From Planctomycetota bacterium (GTDB lineage Bacteria > JAJVIF01 > JAPKYR01): DNA of 64,000 nt. The notes beneath the pieces were generated by a model. That model saw only the letters and a list, made by a program, of their open reading frames with translations. It made no database searches and was not told where the DNA came from. Location: NCBI GenBank assembly GCA_030614715.1, contig JAUWTM010000002.1, forward strand, positions 17,334 through 81,333, in the 5' to 3' direction. Below are positions 42,982-51,512 of the stretch, piece by piece. The position numbers were made by a program, and so were the translations under genes. Numbering within the stretch: the first letter of the stretch is position 1; each line of letters opens with the position of its first letter.

Positions 42982-44541
42982 ATGACTGGACACCTTTATC
43001 TGACTGGCTTCTCAGGCTCCGGCAAGACCGCTGTAGGTGCGGAACTTGCACGTCGCCTGAAGGTGGATTTCGTAGACCTTGACGAAGAGATTGCAAACAA
43101 GGCGGGAAAGGACCTCGTGTCGCTTTTCGCGGAGGAAGGGGAGCAGGCCTTCCGCTCCATGGAGCTTGAATTCATCACGGAACTTGCGGGACTGGTTGAG
43201 AACGGCGAACCGGGCAAGGTTGTCGCACTCGGTGGCGGATCACTCATGAACCCTGGCATTCAGCAGATCGTTGCATCGTCCGGTGTGCTAGTCTGGCTTC
43301 GTGCCCGGTGGGACAGCCTGTTCGACCGCATCGTTCACGTCAGCGACCGTCCGCTCCTCCAGCGTGCCGAGAAACTCCATGAATTTATCACCTTCAATCG
43401 ACCGTTTTACGAAGCCCGTCTGCCCGGCTACGCTCACTGCGACCTTGTTCTCGACGTCGATCATATGGGTCCTGCGGATGTCGCGACCGCCATTACCCGG
43501 ATCATGAGCTGTTCCTGGTTCCTGACCGTCCGTTTTTTCGAGAGAACACACAATGTGCTCTGTGACTCAGGGCTTCTCGCGCGTACGGGACAGATACTCT
43601 ACCAGCTTGGCGTCCTGCCGCGAGGCATGGTCTGGCTGATTACTACCGGACATCTCGACGAAGACCATCTCCCGCTTGCACGAATAGTCAAGGAAGACCT
43701 CGAAAGCACGCGCCAGCAGGTCAGGCTCCTGAGAATTCCCGATGGGGAAGATGCCAAAACAGCCGAGCAGGTGACGAGAATTCACGATGCATTTCTCGGC
43801 GCGGGTACGTCTCGCGATGACCTCGTAATCGCACTGGGTGGCGGTACGGTGGGTGACGTGGCCGGTTTCGCGGCAGCGACCTTCCTTCGCGGTATCGATA
43901 TTGTGCACATCCCGACAACACTTGTCGGCATGGTCGATGCAGCGCTTGGCGGAAAGACAGCAATAAATCACCCGAAAGGTAAAAATCTGATCGGTGCGTT
44001 CCACCAGCCTAAGGCTGTCCTGATCGACCCCGTTGTTCTGAACACTTCGGCGGACGAATATTACCTCGCGGGACTTGCGGAACTGGTCAAGTACGGCTGC
44101 ATCGCTGATGTCTCGATCATCGAGGACTGCGAAGCAAACTGGAGCGATATCCTCAACCGCCCGACATGGGAGGAGAGCTGGTCGCGTGATGACTGGGCGG
44201 AGCTGAAAGGCAACCCGTGGGACCTGATCCCGCTGATGAGAAAAGGTCTGGCGATCAAGGCTCGTCTGGTCAGTGCCGATGAACGGGAGCTGACCGGGGA
44301 GCGTACCCTCCTGAATTTCGGGCACACGTTCGCGCACGCGTTTGAGACAGCATCCGACTATGCAATCCCGCACGGTCAGGCGGTCGCGCTTGGCATGTGC
44401 GCCGCATTTAAACTCGGGCTGAGCAGGGAATTGGTGACAGATGAGGATGTGGCAAGGATCGAAAAACTCCTGTCCGTGCTGGCATCGGTGGATCTGATCA
44501 GGGATCTCGACGAATCGAAAATATTTGAAGCCATCCGTTAA
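42982..44541 (+). CDS. aroKB: Bifunctional shikimate kinase / 3-dehydroquinate synthase fusion
   Basis: N-terminal Walker A LTGFSGSGKTAVG plus LGGGSL (AroK). C-terminal two thirds carries GGGTVGDVAGFAAATFLRGI, PTTLVGMVDAALGGKTAIN and FGHTFAHAFE (AroB). Confidence 0.85.
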   Translation: MTGHLYLTGFSGSGKTAVGAELARRLKVDFVDLDEEIANKAGKDLVSLFAEEGEQAFRSMELEFITELAGLVENGEPGKVVALGGGSLMNPGIQQIVASSGVLVWLRARWDSLFDRIVHVSDRPLLQRAEKLHEFITFNRPFYEARLPGYAHCDLVLDVDHMGPADVATAITRIMSCSWFLTVRFFERTHNVLCDSGLLARTGQILYQLGVLPRGMVWLITTGHLDEDHLPLARIVKEDLESTRQQVRLLRIPDGEDAKTAEQVTRIHDAFLGAGTSRDDLVIALGGGTVGDVAGFAAATFLRGIDIVHIPTTLVGMVDAALGGKTAINHPKGKNLIGAFHQPKAVLIDPVVLNTSADEYYLAGLAELVKYGCIADVSIIEDCEANWSDILNRPTWEESWSRDDWAELKGNPWDLIPLMRKGLAIKARLVSADERELTGERTLLNFGHTFAHAFETASDYAIPHGQAVALGMCAAFKLGLSRELVTDEDVARIEKLLSVLASVDLIRDLDESKIFEAIR

Positions 44542-44561
44542 GACAAGAAGCGTACGAAGGA

Positions 44562-44583
44562 CGGTATCAGGTTCCTGATACCG
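44562..44583 (+). terminator. Perfect 10-bp hairpin just after the aroKB stop (terminator or stabiliser candidate, no U-run)
   Basis: CGGTATCAGG-TT-CCTGATACCG. Confidence 0.3.
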
Positions 44584-44681
44584 GTCGGTCTTGGCGAGGT
44601 TGAGATATTCCAGGACGTCACAGTGGACGAAATCCACAATGCACTCGCGTCACTAAAATCAGTACCCCGTTAGCGAGTTGG

Positions 44682-44773
44682 GTTTAAAGGGGACTGTCAC
44701 CTTTTTGCGTCCGCCAGTCCTCTATATAAATTCACTTTATCTGAAGCAAAAAGGATGCCTGTCCCCTTTAAAC
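44682..44773. repeat. Long imperfect inverted repeat (GTTTAAAGGGGAC...CTTTTTGC arms)
   Basis: Left arm 44682-44708 and right arm 44746-44773 share GTTTAAAGGGGAC and CTTTTTGC blocks in inverted orientation. Located in the convergent aroKB/pnp gap. Confidence 0.7.
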
Positions 44774-44777
44774 TGAT

Positions 44778-44804
44778 AAAAAAAAACCGCCCTTCCCGGG
44801 CGGT
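44778..44804 (-). terminator. Intrinsic terminator of pnp
   Basis: The minus strand reads CCGCCC-GGGAA-GGGCGG followed by a run of nine T, about 30 nt after the pnp stop. Confidence 0.8.
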
Positions 44805-44835
44805 TCGTTTATTCTGATTTACAATTGTTTACCTG

Positions 44836-47142
44836 TTATCTTCTGCCACCGCGATCCCGACGGTCCCTGTTGTCACGTCCACCGCGATCGCTTCCGCCTC
44901 GACGATCGCCGCCGCGGTCACGGTTATATCCGCCGCCGCCACTTGAGCGGTCCCTCGGCGGTCGTGCCGGGAGTTTGTTCAGAATCTCAAGTATCGGATC
45001 GCCGTCCGGGAAAACCAGACCCTTGCGGGTAAGAGATACCTTCCCGGTGTCAGGATCGACGTCCTGTACTTTGACTTTCACGATGTCTCCGACCTTCAGG
45101 CAGTCTTCAACCTGTTCGACACGTCGGTCGCAGATGTTGCTGACGTGGAGAAGTCCGTCCTTGGACGGTGTAAGTTTTACAAACGCTCCGAATGAGGCGA
45201 GTTTGATTACTCTGCCTTCATATTCCTCGCCGATCTCCGGCTCGTGTACGATTTCCTGGATCAGTGCAACTGCTTTCTCGCTGCTTGCTGCATCGGTTGA
45301 TGTGATGTACACCTTGCCGTCATCTTCGATGTCAATCTCGACGCCGGTCTGCTCGATGATTGCCCTGACGATCTTGCCGCCGGGACCGATGACGTCGCCG
45401 ATCTTCTCAGGATCGATGACAACCGTGATAATTCTCGGCGCGTACGGACTCAGTTCGGACCGCGGTTCGGAAAGCACCTCAAGCATCTTGCCAAGAATGT
45501 GTTCGCGGCCCTCTTTGGCCTGTTCCATCGTCTTCCGGACCATCGCCATTGTCAGCCCGTGGATCTTGGTGTCCATCTGGACTGCCGTGATGCCGTTGCG
45601 GCTTCCGGCGACCTTGAAATCCATGTCGCCGTAGAAGTCCTCGATACCCATGAGGTCCGACAGAACTACGAACTTGTCCAGGTCATCGTCATCACTGATA
45701 AGACCCATCGCGATGCCCGCGACCGGCTCCTTGATTGGAACGCCGGCGTCCATGAGCGACAGCGTGCTGCCGCAGACCGCTGCCATCGAGGTCGATCCGT
45801 TCGATGAAAGGATTTCGGTGACCAGACGGAGAGTGTAGGGAAATTCCTCCTGTTCCGGGATCATTGGCCTGAGTGCTTTCTCGGCAAGTGCGCCGTGACC
45901 GATTTCCCTTCGTCCCGGGCCGCGCATGAAGCCGGTATCGCCGTAGCAGAACGGGGCAGCGTAATAATGATGCATGTAGCGCTTGAACTCGACAACGCCG
46001 ATATCATCAAGTCGCTGCTTGTCACCGATAGCTCCAAGCGTCGAGACAGTCATCGCCTGGGTCTCACCGCGTGTGAATATCGCTGATCCGTGGGCGCGCG
46101 GAATAGCCGCGACCTCGCCCCAGATATTGCGGATCTCAGTGTGCTTGCGGTTGTCGATGCGAATCCCTTCGGCCAGGATTCTCGCACGCATGTGCTTCTT
46201 GATCGCTTTCTCGACAAGTTCACCGATCGCTTTCTGCTCGAGAATCTCTTCGGGTTCCCATTCGGTTTTTTCGGGGCCAAATCTTTCGAGAGTACAGGCT
46301 TCCTTGTAGGACTTCATGACCGTATCGCGGTCCTGCTTGCCGGTGATCCCCTCGATCTCCGACCAGTGTTCATCGATGTACTTGAAAACGATCTGTTGCA
46401 GCTCTTCCGGCGGTTCCGCCGGTGGTTCGATCTCCACTTTTTCCTTGCCGATCCGCTCCCTGAGAGCCTCGATGCCGTCGATAATGTCGTTGATTGACTT
46501 CATCGCGTGTTCAATCGCGTTGATGACGATCTCTTCCGACACTTCGTTACATCCGGCCTCAATCATGAGGATGCGTTCACGGGTCGCGCAGACGGTCAGA
46601 TCGAGTGGTGATTCTTCAATGACCTCAAATGACGGGTTCAGGACGAATTCACCGTCTGCCATCGCGACTCGCATCGCTGCCATAGCGTGATTGAACGGGA
46701 TGTCCGACAGCAGTAGTGCAGCTGCGGTGCCTACCGTGGATGGGATGTCGGGTGGATTGGTCTGGTCGGCGCATAATGTGAGTATTACGCACTGGACCTC
46801 GTTTCTGAATCCGTCGGGGAACAGTGGACGGATCGGGCGGTCGATCGCGCGGCTTGTCAGTATGCTCGCGTCGGTCGGACGGCCCTCTTTCTTGATGAAG
46901 CCACCGGGAATTTTTCCGGCAGCGTACATCTTCTCTTCAAGATTAACTACTAATGGGAAAAAGTTGATTCCTTCCCGTGGTTCTTTGCCCATCGTCACTG
47001 CGACGAGCACTTCGGTGTCTCCGTATCGGCACAGCAGACTCTGGTTGGCAAGCCCTGCGAAGGGGCCAACTATAATTTCCAGGTTGTGTTCGCCGATTGG
47101 AATGCTGATCTGGTCCGTGACCAGATGCGTCGTTGCTTCCAT
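44836..47142 (-). CDS. pnp: Polynucleotide phosphorylase with Arg/Gly/Asp-rich C-terminal tail
   Basis: Two RNase PH domains, KH (GPGGKIVRAIIEQTGVEIDIEDDG) and S1 (GRVIKLASFGAFVKL), plus a 44-aa tail PARPPRDRSSGGGGYNRDRGGDRRGGSDRGGRDNRDRRDRGGRR. Confidence 0.95.
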   Translation of the reverse strand: MEATTHLVTDQISIPIGEHNLEIIVGPFAGLANQSLLCRYGDTEVLVAVTMGKEPREGINFFPLVVNLEEKMYAAGKIPGGFIKKEGRPTDASILTSRAIDRPIRPLFPDGFRNEVQCVILTLCADQTNPPDIPSTVGTAAALLLSDIPFNHAMAAMRVAMADGEFVLNPSFEVIEESPLDLTVCATRERILMIEAGCNEVSEEIVINAIEHAMKSINDIIDGIEALRERIGKEKVEIEPPAEPPEELQQIVFKYIDEHWSEIEGITGKQDRDTVMKSYKEACTLERFGPEKTEWEPEEILEQKAIGELVEKAIKKHMRARILAEGIRIDNRKHTEIRNIWGEVAAIPRAHGSAIFTRGETQAMTVSTLGAIGDKQRLDDIGVVEFKRYMHHYYAAPFCYGDTGFMRGPGRREIGHGALAEKALRPMIPEQEEFPYTLRLVTEILSSNGSTSMAAVCGSTLSLMDAGVPIKEPVAGIAMGLISDDDDLDKFVVLSDLMGIEDFYGDMDFKVAGSRNGITAVQMDTKIHGLTMAMVRKTMEQAKEGREHILGKMLEVLSEPRSELSPYAPRIITVVIDPEKIGDVIGPGGKIVRAIIEQTGVEIDIEDDGKVYITSTDAASSEKAVALIQEIVHEPEIGEEYEGRVIKLASFGAFVKLTPSKDGLLHVSNICDRRVEQVEDCLKVGDIVKVKVQDVDPDTGKVSLTRKGLVFPDGDPILEILNKLPARPPRDRSSGGGGYNRDRGGDRRGGSDRGGRDNRDRRDRGGRR

Positions 47143-47147
47143 TCTCC

Positions 47148-47417
47148 TTATTTGCGGAGTTCGAGGGCTCCTATGACCGTTCGGTAACGCTCAATGTCCT
47201 GGCGTTTTAAATACTCCAGTAACCGGCGGCGACGTCCGATCATTTTGAAAAGACCCTGACGGGAATGGTTATCCTTTTTGTGAGTTTTGAGATGTTCTGC
47301 AAGGTGGTTGATGCGCGATGTTAACAGCGCTACCTGTACCTCGGTACTACCTTTATCTCCCTCTCCCCGTTTGAACTTCTCAATAACTGCGGTCTTGGAA
47401 GCCTTATCGAATGACAC
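47148..47417 (-). CDS. rpsO: 30S ribosomal protein S15
   Basis: 89-aa product from GTG 47417 ([33 protein letters not shown]...), preceded by GGAGGAAG. Classic rpsO-pnp order. Confidence 0.9.
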   Translation of the reverse strand: MSFDKASKTAVIEKFKRGEGDKGSTEVQVALLTSRINHLAEHLKTHKKDNHSRQGLFKMIGRRRRLLEYLKRQDIERYRTVIGALELRK

Positions 47418-47466
47418 TCGCTTCCTCCAATTTCTTTGGTTTTTTCTCTCTTTTAGACAAGCGAGT

Positions 47467-47495
47467 ATTGTAACAACTAATAAGGGATGTGTCAA
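47467..47495 (-). promoter_or_regulatory. Near-consensus sigma70 promoter of rpsO
   Basis: The minus strand reads TTGACA (47495-47490), 17-nt spacer, TACAAT (47472-47467). Confidence 0.6.
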
Positions 47496-47505
47496 AGAAG
47501 TTACA

Positions 47506-48558
47506 TTATAATAATTCAAGTATCTCTGCATCGGGTCCTTCCGAAGCAGAATCAAACTGAGCTAATGCTGATAGCAGTAGAATACGAGACCAGTCTGAGC
47601 CTGGTTTAATGCGTTGGTATGACTGAGGAGGTTTAAGGTTGCTTTCAAGCATATTATTAATTTGGTCCAATTTTATTAAATTATCGTAAGGCTTGATGTG
47701 CTCAAATTCTATTGCATATACATTCTCAGATTGATCAGTATAGCTTTCATATTCTTGCTTTGTGCAGCCTATTCTGTATCCACATTCTTCCCAAATCTCT
47801 TCGGGTGATGCAGAAGATATATTTTTTATCTGTGCTTCGCAGATTAGGCTACGTATTGGAGATGATGCATAGATTGAGACTCTTTGTCCTAACCATTTGT
47901 GGCTAAATCTCCTTCTGATCTCAATCGTTTTACGTCCTTGGATGATGGATTTAGCATGCTGAGGTTTCAAAGACATAAGTATTGGGTTATCTGTAGACAA
48001 ACCATTGATGCAGAAATGATCAATAAGTTTTGGCAGTTTTTTTAAGGCTGAACGCCATACGGTTTTAAATGATGCTGAACAGAGGAATTCAGATTCTGAC
48101 GGTCGATACTTACAGCCTACATCATGAAAATTTTTGAATCCAAAAGATCCGAAAAAACCTTTACGTGCATGCCAAAGGCTCTCTGGAAGCGTGAAGTGGA
48201 TTTCCTTTGAGCCTTTTCCCACACCGATTGTCATCATTATGAATAGCATTTCACCCAGATTTTGATCCTGAACATCTTCTTCGATTTTCAGATGACAGAA
48301 TTTGGGAAACTCCCCCCTTTTCGCAATTGCAGTAGCTACAGGTTTATTGTCTTTTAAACAGATATACGCCAATCTTTCTTTGGAAATAATCCCCGGTACT
48401 ACTTTTTCCTTAAACCAGCGGGAAATTTCAGGATACATTCTTTCGTTCATTAAGATTCTTTCTTTAAATATATCGAATAAGTTGGATTTAGCCCTTATAT
48501 CAGAGCCGGTCAAAATTTTAATACTAATGTTCTCTTTATATTTAAAATTTAATGCCAT
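47506..48558 (-). CDS. GNAT-like / ASCH-domain fusion protein
   Basis: The C-terminal half starts [25 protein letters not shown], a typical ASCH (PUA-like) opening. The N-terminal half has a GNAT-like layout (...AIAKRG...[19 protein letters not shown]...FGFKNF), which is tentative. AT-rich codon usage. Confidence 0.6.
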   Translation of the reverse strand: MALNFKYKENISIKILTGSDIRAKSNLFDIFKERILMNERMYPEISRWFKEKVVPGIISKERLAYICLKDNKPVATAIAKRGEFPKFCHLKIEEDVQDQNLGEMLFIMMTIGVGKGSKEIHFTLPESLWHARKGFFGSFGFKNFHDVGCKYRPSESEFLCSASFKTVWRSALKKLPKLIDHFCINGLSTDNPILMSLKPQHAKSIIQGRKTIEIRRRFSHKWLGQRVSIYASSPIRSLICEAQIKNISSASPEEIWEECGYRIGCTKQEYESYTDQSENVYAIEFEHIKPYDNLIKLDQINNMLESNLKPPQSYQRIKPGSDWSRILLLSALAQFDSASEGPDAEILELL

Positions 48559-48616
48559 GTTCTAGCGATCATTCCTATCTTTTAAATATATTGTTTATTT
48601 AAAGTGATGATTGAAA

Positions 48617-49729
48617 TTACTTCCAATCTTCAAAGAATTTAGATAATTTTAAACCTTGTGAATCGTAAGGGCTTGGATCAGGCTCAGCGTCTTCAGACAT
48701 ACGAAATAATGAAAGTCGCGCCAATTTTTCCCCGTCAATGAGATTTACATCCACTGTGTGACCTCGGACTTCAAAAATAAGTGGGGTGCCCTCTTCCTGA
48801 TCAGAACGATTTTTGCCGAAATGAGGATGGACAAATCCTGCGTAATGTATCCGCATTTCACCAATAGTCTCGTCAATAGCTCGACAGTATACAGCTATGC
48901 CTTTAGGGACTGCGATTTTTTCTTTGGATCTTAAAATGTAAAAATTATCTGTTTCAATTTTCAATCTTCCATGATCTGCGAGTTTCATTTCCCAGAATTC
49001 GTCCGGTTTGGGCTTAGGATCTTCATCTGTTTTCCATAGGTCAATAGTAAGATCGGTGGGATATTTTGCACAAAATGCACAAGCATTCTTTCCAGGAATT
49101 ATTTCTGTTTCTTCAAGGTTAACGGAAAGACACCCATCGGATTCCTGAATGTTACGAAGCAGACACAACCAGTAATCCTTGCCTTTAACTTTTGAAAGAT
49201 CAGGATCACAATAGAAAAGGCGGAGCTGTGATAGTGAAATATCTTTTTTAACGTTGATGTTAAATGTGATAGGTGTAATCTCAAGATACATATCTGGTGA
49301 ACTAAGGTGCTCAGGTATAAAACCCTCGTATCCATACATCCCATCTACAATGAGCCTAGCGAGTACATCAACACGACCGATTGAGCTTTTAGCTGTGGCT
49401 TGCCCATATATTTTAGAACTTTTTGAAAGGTGGAGTTGCTCCCTTAATTTAATTAGATAGGTTTTTCTAGCTTCTAGCTTGAAAATATCATCATCTGGCT
49501 CCAGTTTGGACATATATTTGTCTTTTATAAATGTATGATATCTTGCTCCGTGGGGTTTAATCGATCCTTCTTTCAACACATAGCCTTCATCGGTCAAATG
49601 TAAATCTATTGAGGATGCGCCAATGCTTTTTTTATCAACATTTTTTAGATAACCATCTTCGCACAGTTGTATGGTCTGTGCTTTATTAAGGACTCCTGGA
49701 ATCCATTCTTTCCAAGGCTCTTTTCTCAT
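48617..49729 (-). CDS. Long-form 2'-deoxycytidine 5'-triphosphate deaminase-family protein (DCD / dUTPase-fold)
   Basis: N-terminal IGASSIDLHLTDEGYVL resembles the Dcd ASVDLRLG motif. C-terminal ILRSKEKIAVPKG...IHYAGFVHPHFG...GTPLIFEVRGH...LIDGEKLARLSLFRMSE resembles the Dcd core, with a Glu at the LEF-like position. About 370 aa, as in the long DCD family. Confidence 0.65.
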   Translation of the reverse strand: MRKEPWKEWIPGVLNKAQTIQLCEDGYLKNVDKKSIGASSIDLHLTDEGYVLKEGSIKPHGARYHTFIKDKYMSKLEPDDDIFKLEARKTYLIKLREQLHLSKSSKIYGQATAKSSIGRVDVLARLIVDGMYGYEGFIPEHLSSPDMYLEITPITFNINVKKDISLSQLRLFYCDPDLSKVKGKDYWLCLLRNIQESDGCLSVNLEETEIIPGKNACAFCAKYPTDLTIDLWKTDEDPKPKPDEFWEMKLADHGRLKIETDNFYILRSKEKIAVPKGIAVYCRAIDETIGEMRIHYAGFVHPHFGKNRSDQEEGTPLIFEVRGHTVDVNLIDGEKLARLSLFRMSEDAEPDPSPYDSQGLKLSKFFEDWK

Positions 49730-49949
49730 AATTAAGAACCTGCTGTGAATCTAAACTTAATCAAATTGTAACAGGTTTTTAAGGCGACGTAAAGAAATTA
49801 GGCTAATTTTTGTTTAGATGTACTTGAAATCCGCTTTAAAGCAAAATCCTTCTATGATTTCTCAGTTTCATTTTGTCTTTAAAGTCAGCTTATTTTGGTG
49901 TAATGTAAATGGATCACTGGACAGAGCTATATCTTAAGGGAACAGATAT

Positions 49950-51155
49950 TTGACAGATAACAAGTATAAATATGTGATCGTGGGTGCAGGTCTTGCTGGC
50001 GCTACCGCCGTCGAGAATATCCGAAAACTCGACCCCGACGTCTCAATACTGCTCATTGGCAGGGAAAAACACCTCCCGTACCACCGTCCACCCCTTTCCA
50101 AGAAATTATGGGCCGGCAAGGTAACCGTCGGGGATATTAAAATCCAGGCCCAGGATTTCTACGATGCTAACAACATCATTGTCGAGCTGAACACCGAGAT
50201 CGCAGCACTGGACATTCCCGGTAAGGCCGTAACATCTATCGCAAATGTCGATTACGAGTACGAGAAACTCCTCATAGCGACCGGCGCTGTTCCCCGTAAA
50301 CTCGAAATTCCCGGTGGAAACCTGTCTGGCGTGGTGTATTACCGTGATCTGGACGACTTTATCCGACTTCGGCAGGCTGCGGTGGTTAACAGTACTGCTG
50401 TCGTTATAGGTGGAGGCTACATTGGTCCGGAAATCGCAGCGTCTCTTCATGAAAATGGCGTAGATGTCACACTTGTCATACGTGGTAAGTACCCAGCGAA
50501 GAAAATCCTCCCGAAGACCGTGGGATTTGCCCTGAGCTACAAGTACACGAATCGTGGCATTAAAATCCTGACCGATGATGAACCTGTAAGCATTGAAAAG
50601 ACCGATGAGAATTACATCACTGCCACGAAAAATGGTGCTCACCTGACCTCGGATATTGTCGTGGTCGGTGTCGGTGTTCTCCCCGACGTACCGTGGGCTC
50701 AGAAGATGGGTCTGGAGTTCGACAACGGGCTCCTTGTGAATGAGTTCCTTCAGACCTCGGTACCGGATATTTATGCGGCTGGGGATATCGCGAATTACCC
50801 TGATAAAACGCTGGGTTTCAGGAGACGGGTCGAGCACTGGGACAACGCTTTTCACCAGGGGATCACCGCAGGGAAGAACATGGCGGGCGCGAATGAATCG
50901 TACGATTACCTTCCGTATTTCTTCTCGGATTTCTTTGACTTCGGTTTCGAAGCGGTCGGCGAGGTTGATTCACGACTTGAAACCTACACCGACTGGCAGG
51001 AAGAGAACGTAAAGGGTGTCATTTACTACCTGAAAAATAACCAGGTACGCGGTGTGATGATGGTCAATATCTGGAGCCAGGTAGATGCCGCACGTGAGAT
51101 TATTCGTAAAGGTGGAAAAATTACTGTTGGGGACCTGCGGGGAGCTATTAAATAA
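49950..51155 (+). CDS. FAD-dependent pyridine nucleotide-disulfide oxidoreductase (ferredoxin reductase / AIF-like)
   Basis: YVIVGAGLAGATA and AVVIGGGYIGPEIAAS dinucleotide folds, AAGDIA motif. TTG start as in the ORF track. Confidence 0.8.
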   Translation: MTDNKYKYVIVGAGLAGATAVENIRKLDPDVSILLIGREKHLPYHRPPLSKKLWAGKVTVGDIKIQAQDFYDANNIIVELNTEIAALDIPGKAVTSIANVDYEYEKLLIATGAVPRKLEIPGGNLSGVVYYRDLDDFIRLRQAAVVNSTAVVIGGGYIGPEIAASLHENGVDVTLVIRGKYPAKKILPKTVGFALSYKYTNRGIKILTDDEPVSIEKTDENYITATKNGAHLTSDIVVVGVGVLPDVPWAQKMGLEFDNGLLVNEFLQTSVPDIYAAGDIANYPDKTLGFRRRVEHWDNAFHQGITAGKNMAGANESYDYLPYFFSDFFDFGFEAVGEVDSRLETYTDWQEENVKGVIYYLKNNQVRGVMMVNIWSQVDAAREIIRKGGKITVGDLRGAIK

Positions 51156-51179
51156 AACGCAGGAGCCAAGGAGAACCAC

Positions 51180-51512
51180 ATGAAGCTTGCTGAGATGAAT
51201 ATCGAGCCGCTTCCCGACGGCACTGTGCCACTTACCGAGCAGGAAGCTCTTGAACTCGGGAAGGGAATTCCCGACTGGGAGATCATGGATGATGAGATCG
51301 AGAGGGAATATACGTTCGGGGATTTCAGGGAAGCGATTGCATTCGTGAACAGGATCGCCGACATTGCCGAAGCCGCGAACCATCATCCGGAGATAGAAAT
51401 CAAGTACAACAGGGTTGAAGTCGAGTTGTCGACCCACAGTATTGGGGGATTATCGAAAAACGACTTCATCCTTGCGGCGAAATTCGACACGGTTGTCGAG
51501 GTGACAGAATAA
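51180..51512 (+). CDS. phhB: Pterin-4-alpha-carbinolamine dehydratase
   Basis: F.DF.EAIAFVNRIADIAEAANHHPEIEIKYNRVEVELSTH is the PCD signature. Confidence 0.85.
   Translation: MKLAEMNIEPLPDGTVPLTEQEALELGKGIPDWEIMDDEIEREYTFGDFREAIAFVNRIADIAEAANHHPEIEIKYNRVEVELSTHSIGGLSKNDFILAAKFDTVVEVTE

Noticed and set aside
43567-45634. Long ORFs antisense to aroKB (43567-44637, minus) and to pnp (44825-45634, plus).
   Set aside because: The opposite strands encode unmistakable AroK/AroB and PNPase. The antisense products are low-complexity Ser/Arg/Pro-rich.
47418-47555. N-terminal extension of the rpsO ORF to 135 aa in the ORF track.
   Set aside because: S15 is ~89 aa. GTG 47417 has a GGAGGAAG Shine-Dalgarno, and a near-consensus promoter (47467-47495) lies inside the supposed extension.
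47467-49774. 9-bp direct repeat ATTGTAACA at both edges of the AT-rich islet as an att site or target-site duplication.
   Set aside because: It is short enough to arise by chance in AT-rich DNA. The left copy is part of the rpsO -10 region and no integrase or transposase is present. It is kept only as a note inside the islet finding.
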